From positions 1 to 64,000 of IMG/VR virus record IMGVR_UViG_3300032289_001431: a DNA stretch of 64,000 nt; one strand, written 5' to 3'. The notes beneath the pieces are model-generated. The model was given only the letters and a program-made list of their open reading frames with translations. It did no database searches and was not told the origin of the DNA. Positions 1-8,174 of this stretch are shown piece after piece. The stretch comes from a virus. A program made the position numbers and the translations under genes. The first letter of the stretch is position 1. Every line of letters begins with the position of its first letter.

Positions 1-3
1 CGT

Positions 4-537
4 ATGAATTTTCAAGAAAAACTTAAACATCAAACAAAAGACCTGCATGATTCTTCAGAAAATCATTCTTTTCATGTATCTTTACTAAAAGGTGAACTTC
101 CCGATCAAAAATATTTTTTATATCTACAAAATCTTTTACCAATTTTCATGTATATTGAACAAAGATTGAATTTATCGGGAGAACTTATTAGATCATTCTT
201 GATGAATAATGATCTTATGCAATATGCTAAAGATGGTTGTGTTTTTACAATCAACGATTTACATTATTTTGAATGGATGAATGAATTAGGTCAAAAATCA
301 GATTTAATGCTTCTTCCTGTTGTATATGTCGAATGGTTAAAAGACGTATATGGTGGTCAAATGCTTTCTAAACACATAAAATACAATTCTTCTTTAAAAT
401 ATAACAATACAAAGGAAACAATTACAAAAATTAGATCTATGCTTGTTATTTCACCTGAAGATGAAGATCAATTTATTTTTGAAGTAAATAAAGTTTACGA
501 AAATCATAATAAAATTTTAGATAAAATCATGGGATGA
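4..537 (+). CDS. ho1: Heme oxygenase (Ho1/HemO-like), divergent distal helix
   Basis: N-terminal LK..TK.LH..SE with proximal His; YVEWLKDVYGGQML aligns to the HO distal helix YxRYLGDLSGGQ; overlaps the bilin reductase start (ATGA). Confidence 0.85.
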   Translation: MNFQEKLKHQTKDLHDSSENHSFHVSLLKGELPDQKYFLYLQNLLPIFMYIEQRLNLSGELIRSFLMNNDLMQYAKDGCVFTINDLHYFEWMNELGQKSDLMLLPVVYVEWLKDVYGGQMLSKHIKYNSSLKYNNTKETITKIRSMLVISPEDEDQFIFEVNKVYENHNKILDKIMG

Positions 538-1202
538 TTAAAGAATTATATAATTCGCACAAAGAAATAGCCGATAAATATTTTCAAAAAATTAAATATC
601 GCAGTGAGATAGAAAATAACGAAGATATTATTTGGGAAAATAATTTTTATTTTAACCCATCAATTCGTTATGGTCATTTAGAATACTTTAAAAGTATTAA
701 TGGCAAAATAGAAGTACTACATTGCACATTTTTTCCATCTTATTTTAAAAATATACCCATATACGGCTTCGATGTAATCGCATTGAACAATATAGTAACT
801 GGTGTATTTTGTGATTTTACTAAATGTCCTTATAACAATTTAATTTTACCTGTTAGATTAAAAGAATTAAAAGTAAAATATATCGAAAATGAAAGAAAGT
901 TACCCGAATGGGCTAATTTCTTTTCGGAAAATTTTATATGTATAAGCCCTAAAAATTTAGATCAAAAAGTTTTAATAAAAGAATTTACTGGTTTATTTAT
1001 GAAATATGTTAATTTTGTAGAAAATCAAAATTTAAATGGTTGCTATTTGGAACCTAATGATGTTAAAAAATCAATAGCCATTCAAAATGATTATTCTTTT
1101 AATCAAAGAAAAAATGATAAAACTTCAAAAGCACTATCAGCTTATATCGGTGCAGCCAAAGCCAGAGAATTTATCGATACAATTCTTTTTCCTGTATATT
1201 AA
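534..1202 (+). CDS. pcyA: Ferredoxin-dependent bilin reductase, PcyA/PcyX-like
   Basis: GHLE, LHCTFFP, PIYGFDVIA, RKLPEWA..FSE, Q.KN..T..L and FI...LFP motifs; coupled to heme oxygenase. The PcyA versus PcyX subclade is uncertain. Confidence 0.85.
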   Translation: MIKELYNSHKEIADKYFQKIKYRSEIENNEDIIWENNFYFNPSIRYGHLEYFKSINGKIEVLHCTFFPSYFKNIPIYGFDVIALNNIVTGVFCDFTKCPYNNLILPVRLKELKVKYIENERKLPEWANFFSENFICISPKNLDQKVLIKEFTGLFMKYVNFVENQNLNGCYLEPNDVKKSIAIQNDYSFNQRKNDKTSKALSAYIGAAKAREFIDTILFPVY

Positions 1203-1672
1203 AGATTGGCTGCTTGAAAATGCATCCAATCATAGTTTTTAACTCTTCCTAGACTAACCCAACCTTCATCTTCTACAATATTCCAAAATGCATCATATTC
1301 TTTTTTAGCAAAAACTGCTTTATCTCTTCCCCATTTAAGTCTATTTCTGTCAGGATCTAGATCAACAGCAGCACCCCAAGAATGAATGGACCAAGCAGAA
1401 CCGCCACGCATTTTTCTAACATTAACACAACCCCCAAAACTGTTGAGTTTTAATTTTTGTATATCTTTTAAACTATATGTTTTTAATGTTTGTTCAAAAA
1501 TGGCATGTAAAGACTCTGCACATTTTTTATTACAAGATATTTTTTTAACTTTAGCTTTTTCATCCCACGCCAAATACATTTCATAAGGGAGTTGTATTTG
1601 TGTCATGTTTTCTCCAACTGAACCATAAAAAGCGGTCATTGAAGTGAAATTTTGTTTAGGCCAATTATTCAT
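1199..1672 (-). CDS. Endolysin, peptidase M15 (L-Ala-D-Glu peptidase-like)
   Basis: R.MRGG..WSIHSWGAAVD (SxHxxGxAxD) and DWMHFQ Zn-binding motifs. Confidence 0.88.
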   Translation of the reverse strand: MNNWPKQNFTSMTAFYGSVGENMTQIQLPYEMYLAWDEKAKVKKISCNKKCAESLHAIFEQTLKTYSLKDIQKLKLNSFGGCVNVRKMRGGSAWSIHSWGAAVDLDPDRNRLKWGRDKAVFAKKEYDAFWNIVEDEGWVSLGRVKNYDWMHFQAANL

Positions 1673-2135
1673 GTGGTTGTTCCTCCACCCATTTTAATGG
1701 AGCATAAGATGGATCATCTTTATACTTTTCAGCATATATTTCTATTATGGTTTGCTGAACTTCTTCTTTCGCATATTTAATTTCACTGTTTAAATTAACA
1801 TTGGATGAACTATTATATTTAAAATCAATAGCTGCTTGTAATCCAAGATATGCTGAAATAATGATTGCAAATATTTTTATCGTTTCAACGAATATTGTTA
1901 CAAATGGTGTTGTAATAATAGGTACTGTTGCAGTTAAAAATAAAATAAAAACACTAACACTATAAAACCCAAGTAACATCAATATAGAAGTAAAAACAAT
2001 AAAAAACTTTTTACTTCTTAAAAAGTTGATTGATTTCATTTCCTCCACATATTCAGGTGGAGTATTTGGTGGTGCTTTATCATGTGTTAGCATTGCTGCT
2101 AACGATTGTCCTATTGTTGTTATTTTGTCCCACAT
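1665..2135 (-). CDS. Putative holin (two hydrophobic segments)
   Basis: Two TM-like stretches after SKKF; charged C-terminus; overlaps the endolysin start. Confidence 0.55.
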   Translation of the reverse strand: MWDKITTIGQSLAAMLTHDKAPPNTPPEYVEEMKSINFLRSKKFFIVFTSILMLLGFYSVSVFILFLTATVPIITTPFVTIFVETIKIFAIIISAYLGLQAAIDFKYNSSSNVNLNSEIKYAKEEVQQTIIEIYAEKYKDDPSYAPLKWVEEQPHE

Positions 2136-2150
2136 TACTTTTGAATGTCC

Positions 2151-2171
2151 TTCTGATAATACTTATCAGAA
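2151..2171 (-). promoter_or_regulatory. Perfect 9-bp inverted repeat with a late-promoter motif (GATAAGTA, 2160-2167) across its loop, upstream of the putative holin
   Basis: TTCTGATAA-TAC-TTATCAGAA at 2151-2171; the minus strand reads ...GATAAGTATTATCAGAAGGA-12nt-ATG. Confidence 0.6.
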
Positions 2172-2699
2172 AAACATCCAAACGGTCCCAAAAGCCAATA
2201 CAGCACCCGCAATAGGTAATGCAAGTGCGTATGCTGCGTAAACGGGAGGGACCAATCTCATGCACCACATGCCTAACATTGCGCCAAAAAGACCAGCCAC
2301 AACAGCTGCTACGTTTTTAAGACGATGATATCTTTTAATTGTCTTGGTATATTTGTCCATCCATTGAAATGCTTGATCTTGTTGTTCTATCCCCCATGCT
2401 TTTAAAGAATCTGCATTTTTTTGAACTTTTTGTGTGTTCAATTCGGCTTCTTTAACTTTACTATTAGCTGAATTTAATTTAGTTTTTAACTCAGCATTAG
2501 TTGTTTTTGCAGCGGTAAGCTCATTATTAAGTTCTTTGATAACAGCTTTTGCTTCCTGTAGAGAGTTATTTTTTGATGACAAAATTGGTTTTGTAGCCAA
2601 AACAGGTGTTGGACTTGGTTTTGCTTTTGGTTTCCAAAATTGTCCAAAACTTGTTGTGCTAATTGTCAGTAAAAATAATAATGGTAATAAATTTTTCAT
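2166..2699 (-). CDS. Exported coiled-coil protein with C-terminal TM hairpin (spanin-like)
   Basis: Signal peptide MKNLLPLLFLLTISTTSFG, Pro linker, long heptad region, two C-terminal hydrophobic helices; lies in the lysis cassette. Confidence 0.5.
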   Translation of the reverse strand: MKNLLPLLFLLTISTTSFGQFWKPKAKPSPTPVLATKPILSSKNNSLQEAKAVIKELNNELTAAKTTNAELKTKLNSANSKVKEAELNTQKVQKNADSLKAWGIEQQDQAFQWMDKYTKTIKRYHRLKNVAAVVAGLFGAMLGMWCMRLVPPVYAAYALALPIAGAVLAFGTVWMFF

Positions 2700-3001
2700 T
2701 TTATGGGTTTAATAACATTTTTAGTTGTTAAATTTTGTTGTTCTTTTTCAATTTGATCCAAAAGAACATCAAGTCTTTCAGCGAGTGTTAAAGCTTTATC
2801 TATATTTGCTGCAACTTTTGTGTTAGCTTGTCCTGCTTGTTCAAGATCGATTTTAGTATCATTTAATGATTGAATAACTTTTTCTGTTGATACGCTAGGT
2901 GGTGTTTGTTTTTTCTTTTCAATGGCGGCACAGCCAGCTATTAACAAAGATCCAATTATAATAAAAAATATTGTACTATTCATTTTCATATTTATCCCCA
3001 T
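2696..3001 (-). CDS. Lipoprotein with coiled coil (o-spanin-like)
   Basis: Hydrophobic signal ending LLIAG-C lipobox; helical C-terminus; lies in the lysis cassette. Confidence 0.55.
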   Translation of the reverse strand: MGINMKMNSTIFFIIIGSLLIAGCAAIEKKKQTPPSVSTEKVIQSLNDTKIDLEQAGQANTKVAANIDKALTLAERLDVLLDQIEKEQQNLTTKNVIKPIK

Positions 3002-3765
3002 TTGTTATTAATATTCTTATATGGATCATAGAAATTGTCAAATTCTGTTTCTACGATACTAAAATTACCATCAACATCAATTTCTAATATTTCTGATAAT
3101 CCACAATCAATACATACATTAGTACCATTGTTATCTTCCAAAATATCAATATTGTTCACTGGCGTATGCCCGTAAACTTGTGTAATGTTTCGTATTGGGT
3201 TTGCTTCCATATTGTGATCATTCCAAGTAATACCACCAACTGGATTAGTACCACCCCTACAATACCCCGCACCACCGATAACATCTGATTGTTCTCTGTT
3301 ATAAAAATTTGTTTCGGTTTTTTTTATAGTTTCAAAAATAGTTTCATTGGTTAAGCCGTTAATAGGATGTTCAAAAAATTCTTTTGCAATACCCGCATGA
3401 GTAAAATGAATTCCACTTTCAAAATGATAAAGTTTCATTTTAATCCAATCATCTGAGTTTAAAATTTTTTTTACACTTTCATCTTTTATAGGCTCATATC
3501 CAGAACACATATAAAGTTTTTTACCATTAACTTCACAGAATGGTGAATAATGAAGATCGTGATTACCATACAAATGAATTCTGTTTGGTTTATGTAAAGA
3601 TTCTTTTAACCACATAGCAGTAGCGGCGGCTATATCGGGAGTATCGTAAAAATCATCAAAATAATCACCAACAAAAATTATTTTGTGTGATTTTTCATAG
3701 CGAGACGCTAATTCTTCAGCAGCTTTAATGTGATTATGCACATCACCTATGACCATTGTGTTCAT
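2992..3765 (-). CDS. Calcineurin-like metallophosphoesterase
   Basis: GDVH, GDYFD, GNHD, THAG and GHT motifs. Confidence 0.9.
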   Translation of the reverse strand: MNTMVIGDVHNHIKAAEELASRYEKSHKIIFVGDYFDDFYDTPDIAAATAMWLKESLHKPNRIHLYGNHDLHYSPFCEVNGKKLYMCSGYEPIKDESVKKILNSDDWIKMKLYHFESGIHFTHAGIAKEFFEHPINGLTNETIFETIKKTETNFYNREQSDVIGGAGYCRGGTNPVGGITWNDHNMEANPIRNITQVYGHTPVNNIDILEDNNGTNVCIDCGLSEILEIDVDGNFSIVETEFDNFYDPYKNINNKWG

Positions 3766-3771
3766 GTGTCA

Positions 3772-3800
3772 ATTATAACAACAAAAATTAAATTTTTCAA
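3772..3800 (-). promoter_or_regulatory. Sigma70-type promoter for the metallophosphoesterase
   Basis: TTGAAA-17-TATAAT with TGn extension; ATG 6 nt downstream. Confidence 0.7.
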
Positions 3801-3912
3801 TGAATATATTATATGTAGGTTTAATTCAATTATAAATTTAATATAAAAAGGTATTATTTTAATTTTATTGTATTAAAAATATTATAATATCTTATAAAAA
3901 CCGCACATTGAT

Positions 3913-3941
3913 ATTATACCGATGTAGTATTGTTTTGTCAA
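3913..3941 (-). promoter_or_regulatory. Consensus sigma70-type promoter facing an AT-rich intergenic tract
   Basis: TTGACA-17-TATAAT, an exact consensus match. Confidence 0.75.
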
Positions 3942-3946
3942 GAGAG

Positions 3947-4429
3947 CTATTTCATTTTTTTTAAATTTTTAAGTAAAAAATCTTCATCTTCTCCTGTAGG
4001 TAAAATACATGGAATGTTATTAAATCGTCCTTTTATATTTTGAAACAAATTTAATTCTTCTGGTACTTCTTTAAAATTGAGTAATTTACATTTTAATATA
4101 TTTTTGCTTTTTTTAATAAATTTATTAGGATTTTTAAAATAATTTGACCAAAGATTTAATTCTTTTTTAGGTTTAAAATAACATAAAAATTTTGAATTTG
4201 TTTTATTTTTAAAAAAATCTATACTTAATACGGTATCATCTGCACAAGATTCAACGTATTCTTTAATAGTTATATTTTTTTCGGAAACAAAATTATCTTT
4301 TACCATTTTCCATTCAAAGCAGTAATCAACATAATCTGCCGCTAACTCTTCGATATAATCGAATACATCAAAAATAAAAATGTTTTCTTTTAAATAGTAT
4401 ATAAAATACTGTTTATGCTTTCTCTTCAC
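3947..4429 (-). CDS. Hypothetical protein
   Basis: 160-aa ORF in a tightly packed minus-strand run. Confidence 0.65.
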   Translation of the reverse strand: MKRKHKQYFIYYLKENIFIFDVFDYIEELAADYVDYCFEWKMVKDNFVSEKNITIKEYVESCADDTVLSIDFFKNKTNSKFLCYFKPKKELNLWSNYFKNPNKFIKKSKNILKCKLLNFKEVPEELNLFQNIKGRFNNIPCILPTGEDEDFLLKNLKKMK

Positions 4430-4955
4430 TAGCTGAAATTATAGCATCTATTAAAATTTCTTCAACCAATTCTTGTGGAAATGACAAATTTGCATGTTTT
4501 AAAGTATTGTTAATTTGTTTGTATTGCTCAACAAGTCTTTCTTTTACTTCAAATGCTTTAATATTATGTTCTTTTGACAAATTAGCGTATGTTGGTTTAC
4601 ATTGAAGGTTCAAAGCCTCAAGTAGAGGTTGACTTGCACTACTAACAATATCACGCAAACGTCTGTAAAAACGACTAAGAGGTGTTAAATGACCATTAAA
4701 AGAATCTCTACTAATATTTTCATAAAGATAATTTAAAATTACTGATTTTTCAACTTGTTCTTTGACGTTGGCAAGATATTCTGGCCCTCTAATATGATTT
4801 TTACCAAAAGGATTAAATAAACACCCACCGCCTAGTACTTTTGAGCCACAATAAATACATTTATTTGGTTCTCCAAAATGAACATGAACGTTTTGTGGAG
4901 AAAAAATGCATGGTTTACCGTATGTGGTAGAATTGCAATAAATACAGTGGCTCAT
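4413..4955 (-). CDS. Hypothetical protein with tandem Cys/His Zn-finger-like repeats
   Basis: Two CIYC-x8-C...H units at the N-terminus. Confidence 0.7.
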   Translation of the reverse strand: MSHCIYCNSTTYGKPCIFSPQNVHVHFGEPNKCIYCGSKVLGGGCLFNPFGKNHIRGPEYLANVKEQVEKSVILNYLYENISRDSFNGHLTPLSRFYRRLRDIVSSASQPLLEALNLQCKPTYANLSKEHNIKAFEVKERLVEQYKQINNTLKHANLSFPQELVEEILIDAIISASEEKA

Positions 4956-4958
4956 AAT

Positions 4959-5399
4959 CTATATAATTACCTTATTATTGTTAAATTTCTTTAGTTCTTC
5001 TTTAGGTGCTTTACCTATTCTCATGTTTAAAATGCCATTATAGTAATCTTCTCTAAATAAAACATCCTTTTCCATTTGTTCTTTAGCTTCAAAATACGCT
5101 AAAGCCCATTTAGAATCACATACTTTTAATATTTTAAATTCAAATTTATCTTTTCCGTATTTTTGAATGTCTTTTATAAGTTCATTTGATGAACTTGTAT
5201 ATGTTTTCCAATCCGATTCTTTAAAATCAATTCTATTTCTGGTTTTACCTTTTAAAGGTTTACGTTTAACACGAGATGAACATTGTTTTTTACCGATATA
5301 TTTTTTATTAGATATTGTATTTGTTATTTCATATATAAATCCAAAAGATTTATCGGTAATACTAACACCTTCTTTTAAAATCCAATGTCCAGTATCCAT
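4959..5399 (-). CDS. denA: GIY-YIG endonuclease, T4 endonuclease II (DenA)-like
   Basis: FGFIYEITN..KKYIGKK, ESDW..Y.SS, E and YYN motifs; 146 aa with no homing DNA-binding tail. Confidence 0.75.
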   Translation of the reverse strand: MDTGHWILKEGVSITDKSFGFIYEITNTISNKKYIGKKQCSSRVKRKPLKGKTRNRIDFKESDWKTYTSSSNELIKDIQKYGKDKFEFKILKVCDSKWALAYFEAKEQMEKDVLFREDYYNGILNMRIGKAPKEELKKFNNNKVII

Positions 5400-5626
5400 T
5401 AACGTTTAATTATAACGGTTTCTGGTAATTTTCTTTTTGCAACTGGAAAAAATCTTTTCTTTTTTTTAGTTTTTTTAGTACCACCAGCAATAGCCATTGT
5501 TGTTTTTATATCATCAGTTGTTACAATATTATTATTAGGATCTGCCGTTGCGTTTCCAAATACGGCACCTGCGCTATTATCTTCTGATAATAATTGATTA
5601 ACTAACACTTGAAATTTATTAAACAT
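5399..5626 (-). CDS. Small basic late protein with N-terminal leader motif
   Basis: MFNKFQVLVNQLLSE leader; Lys-rich C-terminus; TATAAGTA upstream. Confidence 0.6.
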   Translation of the reverse strand: MFNKFQVLVNQLLSEDNSAGAVFGNATADPNNNIVTTDDIKTTMAIAGGTKKTKKKKRFFPVAKRKLPETVIIKR

Positions 5627-5641
5627 ATGTTATATTACAAG

Positions 5642-5653
5642 TACTTATAAATA
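5642..5653. promoter_or_regulatory. Overlapping divergent late-promoter motifs
   Basis: TATAAATA on + (5646-5653, 4 nt before uvsY ATG) and TATAAGTA on - (5642-5649). Confidence 0.65.
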
Positions 5654-5657
5654 ATTT

Positions 5658-6056
5658 ATGGAATTGTTTAATAAATATTTCGAAGAAATCAAAGAAGATA
5701 CAAAAATTGACCAAATCAATATTCTTGATAGGCAATTAATGCTCCCTGCTGTTAAACATAAATGGGTTTCTCGGCTAATGGAACAAAAAAGACATAAACT
5801 TGGTTTAGAAAGAAAAAAGAAAGAACTAAAAGAACAAGTTTTAGCAAAATTATCGGTTGATAACATACCAACTGGTATTCCAAAAGTTTCTATAAAACAA
5901 AAAGTAGAATCTTCAGATATAATTAAAAAAATTGACGAAGAATTAAAAGATATAGATATTATAATCGAATATCTTGAAAAAGTTGAAAAAATATTCAGTT
6001 CAACAACTTACGATATAAGCAATGCTACCAAATTAATGGTAATGGAAACAACATGA
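5658..6056 (+). CDS. uvsY: Recombination mediator UvsY
   Basis: 132 aa, helical, D.KID..N..., P..KHKW; immediately upstream of uvsW. Confidence 0.75.
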   Translation: MELFNKYFEEIKEDTKIDQINILDRQLMLPAVKHKWVSRLMEQKRHKLGLERKKKELKEQVLAKLSVDNIPTGIPKVSIKQKVESSDIIKKIDEELKDIDIIIEYLEKVEKIFSSTTYDISNATKLMVMETT

Positions 6057-7471
6057 TTAATTTAAATTTATTAAATGATAAACAAGGCGAAATTAAAACC
6101 GATTCTGGTGTTTTAAATTTTATTAGAAATAAATTTTCTATCGCAAATCCAGCGTATGGGAGAGGTAATAAATTCACACCAGCTAGATTATATGCAATTA
6201 CACCATCAGGTAGATTTGATCTTGGGTTGCTTGAAAATATAACAGCATATTTAGATTCTGAACAATTATCATATGAAATAGATTTTAATTTAAAAAACAA
6301 ATTTAAAAATGGATTTGACGATCCAATTATTAAAAAATATTGTATGGTTTATCGTGATCATCAAGACAAATCTATCAAAAAAGCTATAAAAAAAGGTAGA
6401 GGTGTGATTATTATTCCAACTGCTGGTGGTAAAACTCTTATAATGGCTGGTGTTATTGAAAGCTTAAGGTTGAATATGAACAAACCTGATGCTTTAGCGT
6501 TAGTTGTTGTGCCGTCATTACAATTAGTTACACAAACAGCACAAGATTTTGAAGATTATGGAGTGGAAAAAGTTACAAAATGGTCGGGTAACAATATACC
6601 AACACCAGATGCAACTACAATTGTAGCTGGAACTCAAATATTATTAAGCGATAAAACTGATTTATCGATTTTAGATAAAGTTGATATTCTTCTTATAGAC
6701 GAAACCCATGGTTTACGTAAAGGTAATGAAATTAATAAAATATTTCAACTTATAAATACTGATTATAAATTTGGATTTACGGGAACTATGCCATCGTCTT
6801 TAATAGACCAGTGGAATATTATTGGTAAAATCGGACCAGTAATATATGAGGAAAAAACACAAGATCTTAGAGAAAAAAATTACGTTTCTAATTTTAAAAT
6901 AATGGTTCTTGATATAGAACATAGTAATATACCAAATTTTACAAAAAATGTAACAAAACCAGCAGAAGCATATAATAATGAAATAGAATATTTAATAAAT
7001 AATGACAGAAGAAACAACATAATAGCTAAACTTGCATCTAAATTAGATAATAATACCATTATTATGGTCGATAGAATAGATCATGGGATAAATATTGAAA
7101 TTGCATTAAAAGAAATATGTGAAGATAAACGTCCAATTTATTTTATAAGAGGATCAACCGAAATCGAAGAACGAGAAAAAATTAGAAAATTAATGGAAGA
7201 ACGAAATGATATAATTGCAGTTGCCGTTTCAAAAATATTTAGCACAGGTATTAATATTCCAAATTTACATAATATTATTTTTGCTTCGGCGGGAAAAGCT
7301 AAAATTAAAATTATGCAATCAATAGGACGGGCATTACGTTTACACCCAACAAAATCAATGGCTATTATTTTTGATATTGCTGACAATACAAAATATGGAA
7401 AAACTCACGCAAAAGAACGGATAAAACTTTATGAAACAGAAAAATACATATATAGCACAACGAAAATATAA
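6053..7471 (+). CDS. uvsW: DNA helicase UvsW (SF2)
   Basis: PTAGGKT, DETH, GFTGT, FSTGINIPNLH and QSIGRALR motifs. Confidence 0.95.
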   Translation: MINLNLLNDKQGEIKTDSGVLNFIRNKFSIANPAYGRGNKFTPARLYAITPSGRFDLGLLENITAYLDSEQLSYEIDFNLKNKFKNGFDDPIIKKYCMVYRDHQDKSIKKAIKKGRGVIIIPTAGGKTLIMAGVIESLRLNMNKPDALALVVVPSLQLVTQTAQDFEDYGVEKVTKWSGNNIPTPDATTIVAGTQILLSDKTDLSILDKVDILLIDETHGLRKGNEINKIFQLINTDYKFGFTGTMPSSLIDQWNIIGKIGPVIYEEKTQDLREKNYVSNFKIMVLDIEHSNIPNFTKNVTKPAEAYNNEIEYLINNDRRNNIIAKLASKLDNNTIIMVDRIDHGINIEIALKEICEDKRPIYFIRGSTEIEEREKIRKLMEERNDIIAVAVSKIFSTGINIPNLHNIIFASAGKAKIKIMQSIGRALRLHPTKSMAIIFDIADNTKYGKTHAKERIKLYETEKYIYSTTKI

Positions 7472-8144
7472 CAAAAGAAAAAAACTTCTTGATAACAACA
7501 TAGAACCCGTTTTTGATGATGAGGATGATGATTTGTCGTTTAATAATTTTGATGATCGATATGAACCAATTACAGATGATGACGATGATATTAATCATGA
7601 TGATGATGATCATGATGATGATGATGATGATGATAATGATGTTACCGAAGACATTGAAAAAGATAAAAATGTAACATCAGAAGAAGATAAACCTAAAAAA
7701 AGAGGCAGAAAAACAACGGGTGACAAAGCAAAATTTTATGTTCAACCTGCTGAATTTGATCAAGAAATTATGAATTATTATGACACTGGTAAAATGTCTG
7801 ATAATTTAGCTTTAATGGTAAGTAAAATATCACATAAATTAAGTTATGCTCCAAATTTTATTAATTACAGTTACAGAGAAGAGATGGTTGGGGATGGTGT
7901 CATACGTATGATGAAAGCTTTAATTGCCAAAAAATATAATAGAGATAAAGGAACTAATCCATTTTCATATTTTACTCGAATTGCTTTCAATGCTTTTAGA
8001 AATAGAATTAAAAAAGAAAAACATGTACATGAAACACATGAAAAATACTCAAGAGAACTTATGTTTATGTCAGAATGTTCTGGAAATTTACATAAAAACA
8101 ATAATATTAGCATCATGAAAGAAAGAATGCGAGATTATGATTGA
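7431..8144 (+). CDS. gp55: Late-transcription sigma factor gp55 with long acidic N-terminal extension
   Basis: LSYAPNFINYSYREEMVGDG and NPFSYFTRIAFNAF..RIKKEK motifs; located between uvsW and gp47. Confidence 0.9.
   Translation: MKQKNTYIAQRKYNKRKKLLDNNIEPVFDDEDDDLSFNNFDDRYEPITDDDDDINHDDDDHDDDDDDDNDVTEDIEKDKNVTSEEDKPKKRGRKTTGDKAKFYVQPAEFDQEIMNYYDTGKMSDNLALMVSKISHKLSYAPNFINYSYREEMVGDGVIRMMKALIAKKYNRDKGTNPFSYFTRIAFNAFRNRIKKEKHVHETHEKYSRELMFMSECSGNLHKNNNISIMKERMRDYD
7515..7640 (+). repeat. Imperfect (GAT)n microsatellite encoding poly-Asp in gp55
   Basis: Runs such as gatgatgacgatgat and catgatgatgatgatgatgatgataatgat. Confidence 0.85.
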
Positions 8145-8168
8145 TAAATGTAAATTATATGATACATT
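8141..8168 (+). promoter_or_regulatory. Sigma70-type promoter for gp47 and the glycosyltransferase island
   Basis: TTGATA-16-TACATT with TGn extension; ATG 6 nt downstream. Confidence 0.6.
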
Positions 8169-8174
8169 AGATTA

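Noticed and set aside
4-1202. Assigning a cyanobacterial host from ho1/pcyA
   Set aside because: Similar cassettes occur in phages of non-cyanobacteria, and no photosynthesis genes are present in the window.
4959-5399. Mobile homing endonuclease
   Set aside because: It is short, lacks NUMOD/HTH DNA-binding domains and does not interrupt a gene. DenA-like fits better.
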